A stretch of 63,803 nucleotides of DNA, counting the filler, from Octopus bimaculoides (taxonomy: Eukaryota), in the NCBI RefSeq assembly GCF_001194135.2. It is 7 parts of 7 records of this genome, joined end to end, with 100 filler letters (N's around TTAATTAATTAA, not from the genome) between each part and the next. Parts side by side here need not be neighbours in the genome. Positions count along the whole stretch, not along the records: positions 1 to 10,088 come from NC_069002.1; positions 10,189 to 30,159 come from NC_068983.1; 5 more parts are not named here. One strand, given 5' to 3'. Positions 1-11,300 of the stretch are shown here, piece by piece. Every line of letters starts with the position of its first letter. Within the stretch, counting starts at the first letter, position 1. The position numbers and the translations under genes were made by a program. A model generated the notes under the pieces. That model was not told the DNA's origin, searched no databases, and saw nothing but the letters and a program-made list of their open reading frames with translations.

Positions 1-108
1 TTTAGCGCACCACAGGCTATATACAGTAATCACAAACAAGTACGAACTTCCAAGCGACGACAGAAATATACGTACATATCTATCGGTCAATATTGTATTT
101 CTGAGAAA

Positions 109-328
109 GGTGGTGAGCTGGCAGAGACGTTAGCACGCCGGGCGAAATGCTTAGCGGTATTTCGTCTGCCACTGCGTTCGGAGTTAAAATTCCGCCGAGG
201 TCGACTTTGCCTTTCATCCTCTCAGAATCGATAAATTAAGTACCAGTTGCGTCCTGGGGTCGATCTAATCGACTGCCCCCCCACTCCCCAGAAATTTCGG
301 GCCTTGTGCCTAGAGTAGAGAAGAATAT
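109..328 (+). mobile_element. tRNA-derived SINE, family A
   Basis: A-box-like TGGCAGAGACGTTAG, B-box-like GAGTTAAAATTCC and body GTCGACTTTGCCTTTCATCC...GATAAATTAAGTACCAG; the sequence recurs at least 8 times in the window. Confidence 0.85.
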
Positions 329-1053
329 TGAATTTCTGATCGTTTATAGAATACATTTTGGAATTGTCTTCCATATTGAGGTGGAAATGCATGTCAGTAT
401 TACTGCGTCCTGAAATGCGGGGAGCTGGCAGACTCGTTAGTACTTCTATATATGCTTCCTTCCACTTATTAGAATTCTATCAGCACGGTGTTGATTGGTC
501 AACCGACTCGAGATTAAGGTTGACGATACTGGCGCTATACGCCGTGCACGTGGAATGAACTCGTGATCACGTAGTTTTCGAAGCTAACATCTTTACCATT
601 CAGCGACGCCCTGATATGTGCCCATATTGTCCAGTCTTAACCACGAATCGTATTTAGCGTGTCACTGTCTACGAATAATTAAGCAGATTTAGACAATGCC
701 CTGATAAAGAATTCGGAAGAAAAACAAAAGAAAGAAAGAAAGACAGCTCGAGTCTTTTATCTAATCCCATTATTAACCTATAATACAAGAAGAACCGGTA
801 TGAACAATTCTGAGAGATTACGGTCGATTCCTTTTTGTGACTATAATGATGATGTTGTGCTTGTGGTTGTTGTGGTTCTTGTTGTTGTTTGTGTGTCTTG
901 TCTATTGTTTTTCAGACGCCGAATATCACAAAACAACAACAACAATATGAATGGCTCTAATAACAATCAAAACAACGTCGATGGCAATATCGACAAACCC
1001 AATATAACGTTCTGCTGTTGAGATAATCAGATTATTGTCATTATTATTACGAA

Positions 1054-1269
1054 AGCGCTGAGCTGGCTGAATCGTTAGCACGCCAGGAGAAATTGCTTAG
1101 CGGTATTTCGTCTGCCCGCTACGTTCTGAGTTCAAATTCCACCGAGGTCGACTTTGCCTTTCATCCTCTCGGGGGTCGATAAATAAAGTACCAGTGAAAT
1201 ACTGGTGTCGATGTAATCGACAAGTCCGTCCCTCCAAATCTGAGGCCTTGCGCTTCCAGTAGAAAGGAC

Positions 1270-1301
<32 letters not shown>
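1054..1301 (+). mobile_element. SINE family A with (ATT)n tail
   Basis: Aligns by eye to 109-328; GAGTTCAAATTCC B-box; ends in (ATT)n. Confidence 0.85.
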
Positions 1302-1302
<1 letters not shown>

Positions 1303-1589
1303 CTTTCGTTCGTAACACAGTGTAAGTAAAAATGCACCGGAGTTTTAAGTCATCTGTCAAGTCACAACAAGGACCTTAGACAGATAATACTTTCCTTAAC
1401 GCCTGTCACATTATGTCGTTTATTTTCTCATTTTTCTTTGGCATTTATCCCTAACATACCTTTTATCTTCAATCTTTTACTTGTTTCAGTCGTCCGGACT
1501 GCGGCCATATCGACCCCGGGATATTTTGTTTTTGTTCTTAAGCCTCGACCGCTAACTACTAAAGCTTTCTTCTTTTTTTTTTCATTCTC

Positions 1590-1740
1590 TCTCTGTTTAT
1601 TTCCTCGTGTTCCTTTCTGCTGAAGAGCGTAGGCTCGAAACGTAAAAGACTTTCTCACCTTCCCTAGCGTTAAACTAATACACCTGTTTGTTGTTTACAC
1701 ACCTGTCTTCGTCTTTCGTTTTTTTTTTGTAAATTCCAAC
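1590..1740 (+). mobile_element. Penelope-like pseudo-LTR-type repeat (family C)
   Basis: Reverse copy at ~49560-49700; contains a CTGxTGA...GAAACG hammerhead-like core typical of Penelope-like element (PLE) terminal repeats. Confidence 0.55.
1613..1648 (+). ncRNA. minimal type-I hammerhead-like ribozyme (variant core)
   Basis: CTTT-CTGCTGA-A-GAGC(GTAG)GCTC-GAAA-CG-TA-AAAG: helix I 4 bp, helix II 4 bp, palindromic helix III; the core has C at position 6 instead of A. Confidence 0.55.
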
Positions 1741-1774
<34 letters not shown>

Positions 1775-2069
1775 TNNNNNNNNNNNNNNNNNNNNNNNNN
1801 NNNNNNNNNNNNNNNNNNNNNNNNNNNNNNNNNNNNNNNNNNNNNNNNNNNNNNNNNNNNNNNNNNNNNNNNNNNNNNNNNNNNNNNNNNNNNNNNNNNN
1901 NNNNNNNNNNNNNNNNNNNNNNNNNNNNNNNNNNNNNNNNNNNNNNNNNNNNNNNNNNNNNNNNNNNNNNNNNNNNNNNNNNNNNNNNNNNNNNNNNNNN
2001 NNNNNNNNNNNNNNNNNNNNNNNNNNNNNNNNNNNNNNNNNNNNNNNNATATATATATATATATATATA

Positions 2070-2229
2070 CGACGGACTTCTATCAGTTTCCTCCTGCAAA
2101 AAATCCACTCACAAAGTTTTGGTCGGCCTGCGGCTATAGTAAGAGACAGCTACCCAAGGTGCCACGCAGTGGGACTGAACCCTGAACCATGTGATTGGGA
2201 AGCAAGCTTCTTACCACACAGCCATGCCT
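2070..2229 (-). mobile_element. tRNA-derived SINE, family B (5' part)
   Basis: Reverse complement reads GGCTGTGTGGTAAGAAGCTTGC...GGTTCAGTCCCACTGCGTGGCACCTTGG; multiple copies in the window. Confidence 0.85.
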
Positions 2230-2636
2230 TCTGCCTTTATATGTAATATTTACTCTAAAGCGCATAACATATTTCTCCCTAATTTATTTTCATTTCTTTT
2301 TTTTTCTGCGAGTTCCACACCGTCTGCCAATGGTTAGGAATCAATGAAGTAGCGTCTACTTCCTTGCTTCCTAACCATTTCTATGTCTGTGATTCTTGTA
2401 ATTCTCTTATCACAGTTTCTTTACCAAAACACAGTATTAGGGCTTCTTAATCAATTTTCTTCCTCGTCGAGGTTACCTTCACGCTTCCCGCCACCGCCAC
2501 TTAATCCGAATCTCATTACTGCCGGTCTTACCATTGTTGTTGTAGTTGCTTATTGCTCTTGTTAACCCCCCCCCCCATCATCATCATCACCATCATCATC
2601 ATCGCCATCGTGGTCGTGATCATCATCATCATCGGC

Positions 2637-2683
<47 letters not shown>

Positions 2684-3547
2684 NNNNNNNNNNNNNNNNN
2701 NNNNNNNNNNNNNNNNNNNNNNNNNNNNNNNNNNNNNNNNNNNNNNNNNNNNNNNNNNNNNNNNNNNNNNNNNNNNNNNNNNNNNNNNNNNNNNNNNNNN
2801 NNNNNNNNNNNNNNNNNNNNNNNNNNNNNNNNNNNNNNNNNNNNNNNNNNNNNNNNNNNNNNNNNNNNNNNNNNNNNNNNNNNNNNNNNNNNNNNNNNNN
2901 NNNNNNNNNNNNNNNNNNNNNNNNNNNNNNNNNNNNNNNNNNNNNNNNNNNNNNNNNNNNNNNNNNNNNNNNNNNNNNNNNNNNNNNNNNNNNNNNNNNN
3001 NNNNNNNNNNNNNNNNNNNNNNNNNNNNNNNNNNNNNNNNNNNNNNNNNNNNNNNNNNNNNNNNNNNNNNNNNNNNNNNNNNNNNNNNNNNNNNNNNNNN
3101 NNNNNNNNNNNNNNNNNNNNNNNNNNNNNNNNNNNNNNNNNNNNNNNNNNNNNNNNNNNNNNNNNNNNNNNNNNNNNNNNNNNNNNNNNNNNNNNNNNNN
3201 NNNNNNNNNNNNNNNNNNNNNNNNNNNNNNNNNNNNNNNNNNNNNNNNNNNNNNNNNNNNNNNNNNNNNNNNNNNNNNNNNNNNNNNNNNNNNNNNNNNN
3301 NNNNNNNNNNNNNNNNNNNNNNNNNNNNNNNNNNNNNNNNNNNNNNNNNNNNNNNNNNNNNNNNNNNNNNNNNNNNNNNNNNNNNNNNNNNNNNNNNNNN
3401 NNNNNNNNNNNNNNNNNNNNNNNNNNNNNNNNNNNNNNNNNNNNNNNNNNNNNNNNNNNNNNNNNNNNNNNNNNNNNNNNNNNNNNNNNNGGATTAATTC
3501 TCGTTGCAGATAAATAACACATACACGTACATTAATATTTAGCTATG

Positions 3548-3638
<91 letters not shown>

Positions 3639-4596
3639 GTAGGTTTGTAAGTATGTATGTATGTATGTATGTATGTATGTACGTTTGATATCAGATATTA
3701 ACGACGGGAGCAGTATTGATATTGAATACTAATTTCTATATCCAACTTAATATGAATGTAGTATAAGAACGCAGTAATACTGCGGTATTCATCTTGAGAG
3801 GCCATCTCATATAGACGTTTAGTGCTTAAAAACATATCTGTATATGTATCTTTTCATTCATTTATATATGTATGTATACATATATGTATATATCTGTTTG
3901 TGTATTATGTATATGTACGTATATATATATACATATATATATATGTGTGTGTGTATGTATGTATATATCTATATATACATACATATATATACATATATAT
4001 ATCAACCCCTCTCCACCACTTGAAACATTATATACATACAATAATTCAAAACAAACATGTCAGATCAAATTCAGACTTGTATTCTATTTCCTAATTTGAG
4101 TTAATTTTATTTTTAGTCGACAGTTGTTTATTGTATATTCCTGTTCTCTCGTTTTTGTTCCATTTTCTGTTGTTTCCATAAAGACATTCTTCAGGAACTT
4201 GTGAACTGGTTACATCGGAGGTATTTTTAATTCACAAAAATCAATTTTCTCTCAAAGAAAATCCACATTAAAAAGCAATTTCCTGTATTTTGTGCAAATT
4301 CGGTCTGAAATTTACACATTTGGTAATTTAATATATTCCATAATATATGATTCTTACCATAAAAATCGAGACTTTCAAAGTAGCAAGCAGCTGAAAGTAC
4401 AGAAATGGTTGCGGCATGCAGTCATAAATTCTGTATACAAAACATGTAAAGGTTGGATATTTGAAAATGCAGTAAATGTCAATGTAGAATTTGATTGGTT
4501 CGAAGAATGTTTCAATAGAATAACAGACTTTGGTTATATTTTAATGTAGACACAAAAATGGCTGATGGATAACAAAACAGATTACTATTCTGACAG

Positions 4597-4604
4597 TTTT
4601 TAAA

Positions 4605-4660
<56 letters not shown>

Positions 4661-4662
4661 AC

Positions 4663-4693
<31 letters not shown>
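4597..4693. repeat. (TCTA)n microsatellite
   Basis: Tandem array read directly. Confidence 0.95.
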
Positions 4694-4694
<1 letters not shown>

Positions 4695-4769
4695 AATACC
4701 TAAATACCTAAATGGTGGAGAATGCATACACAGCATAACCAATATATTTATTATAATAGTCAATTCATG

Positions 4770-4864
4770 TTGCCTACGCGCGTTTCGGTTTATTACTTAA
4801 ATCCGTATGTAAGCAATTAAATTGCCTTATGAATTCGAAAAAGCAAAAACCTTCATCAGTGCAA
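4770..4864 (-). ncRNA. type-I hammerhead-like ribozyme with elongated helix II
   Basis: Minus strand: TTGCA-CTGATGA-A-GGTTT-(55 nt)-AAACC-GAAA-CGCGCG-TA-GGCAA; complete conserved core and palindromic ACGCGCGT helix III. Confidence 0.65.
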
Positions 4865-4942
4865 AAATGACTTCTATTTTTTCACATCTTGACGGATGGA
4901 AAGTTCATTCCGTAAAGATGTGAAATGAATAGCAGTCAATTT

Positions 4943-5040
4943 TTGCCCTGACGAAGGTTTAGGTTTTTTTTTCAAATTCATAATGCAATTTAATTGCATA
5001 AATATGAATTTAAGTGATAATCCGGAACCCGCGTAGACAA
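4943..5040 (+). ncRNA. degenerate hammerhead-like copy (right arm of palindrome)
   Basis: TTGCC-CTGACGA-A-GGTTT...AATCC-GGAA-CCCGCG-TA-GACAA; the GAAA box is mutated to GGAA. Confidence 0.45.
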
Positions 5041-6825
5041 CATGAATTGACTATTATAATAGATATATTGACTATTCTGTTTATGAACTCCCATTTTCTT
5101 TGTACACACAAAAAAAAAAAAAAAAAANNNNNNNNNNNNNNNNNNNNNNNNNNNNNNNNNNNNNNNNNNNNNNNNNNNNNNNNNNNNNNNNNNNNNNNNN
5201 NNNNNNNNNNNNNNNNNNNNNNNNNNNNNNNNNNNNNNNNNNNNNNNNNNNNNNNNNNNNNNNNNNNNNNNNNNNNNNNNNNNNNNNNNNNNNNNNNNNN
5301 NNNNNNNNNNNNNNNNNNNNNNNNNNNNNNNNNNNNNNNNNNNNNNNNNNNNNNNNNNNNNNNNNNNNNNNNNNNNNNNNNNNNNNNNNNNNNNNNNNNN
5401 NNNNNNNNNNNNNNNNNNNNNNNNNNNNNNNNNNNNNNNNNNNNNNNNNNNNNNNNNNNNNNNNNNNNNNNNNNNNNNNNNNNNNNNNNNNNNNNNNNNN
5501 NNNNNNNNNNNNNNNNNNNNNNNNNNNNNNNNNNNNNNNNNNNNNNNNNNNNNNNNNNNNNNNNNNNNNNNNNNNNNNNNNNNNNNNNNNNNNNNNNNNN
5601 NNNNNNNNNNNNNNNNNNNNNNNNNNNNNNNNNNNNNNNNNNNNNNNNNNNNNNNNNNNNNNNNNNNNNNNNNNNNNNNNNNNNNNNNNNNNNNNNNNNN
5701 NNNNNNNNNNNNNNNNNNNNNNNNNNNNNNNNNNNNNNNNNNNNNNNNNNNNNNNNNNNNNNNNNNNNNNNNNNNNNNNNNNNNNNNNNNNNNNNNNNNN
5801 NNNNNNNNNNNNNNNNNNNNNNNNNNNNNNNNNNNNNNNNNNNNNNNNNNNNNNNNNNNNNNNNNNNNNNNNNNNNNNNNNNNNNNNNNNNNNNNNNNNN
5901 NNNNNNNNNNNNNNNNNNNNNNNNNNNNNNNNNNNNNNNNNNNNNNNNNNNNNNNAGGGAAAGAGAAAGATGGGGGTTGTTTCAGTTTTATATACACATA
6001 CATTTATGTACAAAATGGAGAGCGCAATATATGCGGAATATAAGTGTGTGCGCGTGTGCGTCAGTATTTCTATGTACGTGTGTGTATGCGTGTGTGTGTG
6101 TGTGGGGGGTTATTTTCGGTGAGTTTTGTCCTCCAATTACCTTTATACCGAAATGAAGGGATGGATAATAATCAGTATATTTCCCTAATGTACATTCTGT
6201 CCAATTCGACGTAAATTTTTAACAGACGCGTCTGAATTTCCCCTTGAGCTGAAAACATTGATTTCATTGATGACTGCTTTCAAAATGGCGACATTTCCGC
6301 TTTTATTATCTCTATTATACAAGAGCGAAGGCGGAAGTGGTGAAAGTACACAAATTACACTCGAAACAAGCAAAAATGTAAACAAAAATACCAGTCCACA
6401 ATGCATTTCTAAATTATATAAATAGGACCTTTGCACACACACACGTATATATATATTTATACATATACATATGGATAAATATATATATATATGCGTGTGT
6501 ATGTATGTGTAATACTTTGATACAAACATATGCCTGTGTGTCTCTGTGTGTGTGTGTTAATACTTTTACAGCCCATAACCTTACATGTTTATGGGCTGTA
6601 AAAGTATTAGCAGTAACAAATATTTAGTGTTGAAATAACTCAGGCGCTTTAATTCGAATGAAATTTGTTGCACGTACTGGATGTGTATATGTGTCTATGT
6701 ATGCATGTATGTATGTATGTATTATGTATGTATGTTTGCATGCATCAATATAGGTATGTATGTTAGCATGCATGTGTGTAGGTATGTATGTACCATATCA
6801 TGCATGTATGTTTGCATGCATCTCG

Positions 6826-7308
6826 GTATGTCTCTTCTTTTTTTAATTATTATAAATCTTCCACTGAGGAGGGAGCCGGTTTCCAACAAAGATACAAGGC
6901 TCCATCTTTGGGATGTACCTAACACAGACAAATTCATATTTGGAACTTGAGAAAAGTCTTGCATATTTTTATTGTTCCACTCACAGATTGCACTAGTAAT
7001 GTACGAGTTAACAGGTCGATTTCTCTATCTGAAAATCTCAGTTTATCCACATTCTCCTTTCAGCATCTACTAACAAAATCTCGTGCTCCAATTATTATTG
7101 GTATGAATATGAATTTATAGTCTGGATATAGAAGCTGAAGATTTTGAAGCAGTTGTCCATAGATATCCTCTTTTCCTTTGATTTTCAAAGAGACATTTAT
7201 ATCTGCAGGGCAGCTGACCTCTATGATGCTACATACCTTTGCTCCTCTGTCCCAAACAACAATATGCGGCCTGTTATGTTTACATTTGACAGAAGTTTTG
7301 ATGGGAAT
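6826..7308 (-). mobile_element. 5'-truncated R4/Dong-like non-LTR retrotransposon: restriction-like endonuclease (RLE) domain, ORF end and 3'UTR
   Basis: Translates HNRPHIVVWD..CSIIEVSCPAD..K..LYPDYK..PIIIGA, then (past an internal stop) VQSVSGTIKICKTFLKF*; flanked on both sides by degenerate (TACA/TGTA)n. Confidence 0.85.
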
Positions 7309-8616
7309 ATGTAAGTATGTATGCATGTATGCATGTATGTATATATGTATGTATTTGTGTATGTATGTATGTATGTATAGGTATATACAGTCAGAAAATG
7401 AGGGCTAGTGTTTGAAAATCGAGATTCTCATAGAGGGAGAATAAAATATTAATCAAATGAGGTCTTAGATGAAGAAAAAAAAAATCGTTGAGAAAAACTG
7501 ACTGAACTCGATCGTCCAGTATCTGATGAGATACAAACAGTTTGAACGCTGAAACTCGGAAAAGCAGCCATCGTTTATTACTCGGCAATGAATACAGCGA
7601 TAGTCTATACCACCAAATTAGACGTTGGCAGCAAACAGTAAGTGGAAGAGCCAGCCTGTGGGTGGAGTCGGCTTCTTACTAACATCATTAATGATTGCTG
7701 AGAAAGGTACAAAGATGGCGGCTTTTGTTCGTCGCTAAATGAACTCTGAGACATTGTTCCAAAGTAGAAAATCAATAAGTTGAATCTTTTGACGACTATA
7801 ATGATTGGGTATTCGGAAGAGCGCGTTCTTAGACGCTGCACTGGATCGCCTTGAGTCAGTGATTCGTGTAGTTTCTCTCTCTCTCTCTCTCTTTCTTACT
7901 CTAATCTCTATATCTTTCTATTTCTCATTACCACATCCTTACTCTCCTCCTAACTCTNNNNNNNNNNNNNNNNNNNNNNNNNNNNNNNNNNNNNNNNNNN
8001 NNNNNNNNNNNNNNNNNNNNNNNNNNNNNNNNNNNNNNNNNNNNNNNNNNNNNNNNNNNNNNNNNNNNNNNNNNNNNNNNNNNNNNNNNNNNNNNNNNNN
8101 NNNNNNNNNNNNNNNNNNNNNNNNNNNNNNNNNNNNNNNNNNNNNNNNNNNNNNNNNNNNNNNNNNNNNNNNNNNNNNNNNNNNNNNNNNNNNNNNNNNN
8201 NNNNNNNNNNNNNNNNNNNNNNNNNNNNNNNNNNNNNNNNNNNNNNNNNNNATATATATCTACCTACCTATCTCTCTGTCTGTCTGTTTGTCTGTCTCTT
8301 CCTCTCCATATGTAGCCGTCACTGTTTATATGCGTGGCATCGTTAATATATGCGTGCCTCAAATTGGGGCTTATATGTTTCTCAACATGTATATATATGT
8401 AGTTATATACAAACATATACATACACATACATATATATATATACATATATATATAGGTAAATAGATACAGATATAGATATATATATCTATATATATATAT
8501 GTATGTATGCATATATATATATATATATATATATAATGNNNNNNNNNNNNNNNNNNNNNNNNNNNNNNNNNNNNNNNNNNNNNNNNNNNNNNNNNNNNNN
8601 NNNNNNNNNNNNNNNN

Positions 8617-8652
<36 letters not shown>

Positions 8653-8822
8653 TGTATAGATATATCGATATATATGTATATATGCAAACATACATATGTA
8701 TACAAACATACAAGTATGCATGTATACATATTCATGCATGTATATACATAATTTATACATACGCATACTCGCGTGCGCGCACACGCACACATTCTATATA
8801 TATGTGTGTGTGTATGTGTATG

Positions 8823-8871
<49 letters not shown>

Positions 8872-10189
8872 NNNNNNNNNNNNNNNNNNNNNNNNNNNNN
8901 NNNNNNNNNNNNNNNNNNNNNNNNNNNNNNNNNNNNNNNNNNNNNNNNNNNNNNNNNNNNNNNNNNNNNNNNNNNNNNNNNNNNNNNNNNNNNNNNNNNN
9001 NNNNNNNNNNNNNNNNNNNNNNNNNNNNNNNNNNNNNNNNNNNNNNNNNNNNNNNNNNNNNNNNNNNNNNNNNNNNNNNNNNNNNNNNNNNNNNNNNNNN
9101 NNNNNNNNNNNNNNNNNNNNNNNNNNNNNNNNNNNNNNNNNNNNNNNNNNNNNNNNNNNNNNNNNNNNNNNNNNNNNNNNNNNNNNNNNNNNNNNNNNNN
9201 NNNNNNNNNNNNNNNNNNNNNNNNNNNNNNNNNNNNNNNNNNNNNNNNNNNNNNNNNNNNNNNNNNNNNNNNNNNNNNNNNNNNNNNNNNNNNNNNNNNN
9301 NNNNNNNNNNNNNNNNNNNNNNNNNNNNNNNNNNNNNNNNNNNNNNNNNNNNNNNNNNNNNNNNNNNNNNNNNNNNNNNNNNNNNNNNNNNNNNNNNNNN
9401 NNNNNNNNNNNNNNNNNNNNNNNNNNNNNNNNNNNNNNNNNNNNNNNNNNNNNNNNNNNNNNNNNNNNNNNNNNNNNNNNNNNNNNNNNNNNNNNNNNGG
9501 TGGTGGTGGCGACGGCGACGGTGATGTTAGTGCTGGTGGTGGTGGTGACAGTAGTGGCGTGGTTGTTGTTGGTGGTGGTGGTGGTTGTGGTGGTTGTGGT
9601 GGTGGTGGTGGTGATGATGGTGATGATGGTGATGATGGTAATGATAATAAAGTCAGTGGTAGAGGGGGTGATGATGATGATGATGGTGATGGTGGTAGTA
9701 ATGGTGTCGAAAGTTGAAAAGCCCTAAATAATTCCTTCAAATTAGATCGGGATCTGCACTCAAAACAACCCTCTCGTAATATGCGGTCAAATACACACAC
9801 GTGCAGTTGTGTGTTTGCGCACGCATGTGTGTGTGTGTGTGTGTGTGTGTGTGAGTGCGTGTACATATATTAGACATACATAACTATATAGACAGATGGA
9901 AGACAGAGAGTTATCCTATACATGTACTATGAGTGCGCATATTGTGTGTGTATGTATATATGTGTGTGTTTATGCGTGCTCTGTGTGTATGTGTGTGCAT
10001 ATGTGTATACATACATACATATTATACACGCATAATTATAACCACAGGTGGAAGATGCACTGATATATGTATATATATATATATATATNNNNNNNNNNNN
10101 NNNNNNNNNNNNNNNNNNNNNNNNNNNNNNNNTTAATTAATTAANNNNNNNNNNNNNNNNNNNNNNNNNNNNNNNNNNNNNNNNNNNNC

Positions 10190-10661
10190 AGGTATCGATG
10201 GTCGACCCTATCGAAGGCTTTAGATTGATCTAAATTGATCAGCGCCCCACCCATGCCAGGATCCTTAACTACCCTGTCCATGATGTAGCGCATGAGGTGG
10301 AGGTTGTCATGGATGCTTCTGCCCGGCACGGCGCATGTGTGCGCCCTGTTGACCAGTTTATCGATGACAAGCGCCAACCTCTCGGCTATTACTTTGGCCA
10401 AAATTTTCAAATCTGCGTTGAGCAGAGTGATGGGCCTGAAATTATCTATAAAATTCCCCTTGTTTGGGTCTTTCTTCAGCAATGTCACTGCACCTCGGCT
10501 CACGAAACCGGGAATTCTCCCGTTTTGTTGCCAGTTGCAGTAGACTGATGCCAAGAGGTCGCCAAACAAGTCTGGCATTTGACAATACAGCTCGTAGGGT
10601 AGACCATCCAATCCAGGCGACTTATCCCTCGCGCAGCCCGCCATAGCATCCCTTACTTCAC
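10190..10661 (-). mobile_element. Tx1/L1-clade reverse transcriptase (RT) fragment
   Basis: KSPGLDGLPYELY...NFRPITLLNADLKILAKVIAERL...GRSIHDNL...LDQSKAFDRVDH; the open frame runs into a gap. Confidence 0.9.
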
Positions 10662-10773
10662 AGATAGATAAATAGATACGTAGATAGATAGATAGACAGA
10701 CAGTCAGACAGATAGACAAACAGACAGACATTCAGACAGACAGACATTCAGACAGACAGACATTCAGACAGAC

Positions 10774-10833
<60 letters not shown>
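10662..10833. repeat. compound (GATA)n/(GACA)n microsatellite
   Basis: Tandem array read directly. Confidence 0.95.
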
Positions 10834-10834
<1 letters not shown>

Positions 10835-11249
10835 TTTCAGTAATAACGTACGTACACCGACGACAAGACATAGTTGGATTTTCTCCGGCAAATGTTCACC
10901 ACATAGGTATCTGTAATTACATCTAAACTCCCATCACATATCTTGGTTGTGGTCCCTCCGCCACAATGGAATTCTTGTCAGAAACCCATTATCAGATTAG
11001 TTCATTTTCTTTAATTCTAGTTTCCACTTACATTAGAGACCATCCATATTGCTACCGAATAGCCTCAAGGTCAAATTTAAATACACGTTTCACTAAGAAA
11101 TTTGAAAACAACTGTAATTTTCTATACGGAAAATATAAAAATGCCTGTAAGCTGCGGCTTGTATTCGTTTAGTCTTTAGTGTATAATTAATTACGTCAAT
11201 TAACAGTTATCTATCTCTCAGTAGATAGACAGCTAGGTAGGTAGGTAGG

Positions 11250-11300
<51 letters not shown>

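Larger units (their letters stand above)
4710..5096. mobile_element. ~385-bp imperfect palindrome (fold-back element, probably PLE-derived)
   Basis: Left arm 4740-4898 is the reverse complement of the right arm ~4906-5070 (e.g. CAATATATTTATTATAATAGTCAATTCATGTTG vs CAACATGAATTGACTATTATAATAGATATATTG); weaker similarity extends to ~4710 and ~5096. Confidence 0.85.

Noticed and set aside
7526-7560. CTGATGA...GAAAC hammerhead-like words (also ~23150-23185 and ~40960-41010 on the minus strand)
   Set aside because: Helix II or helix I cannot form, or the core has several mismatches.
10133-10144. Recurrent TTAATTAATTAA between N runs (also ~30204, 39795, 45020, 49439, 57236)
   Set aside because: It is always embedded in Ns and has stops in all six frames, so it is a scaffolding spacer rather than biology.
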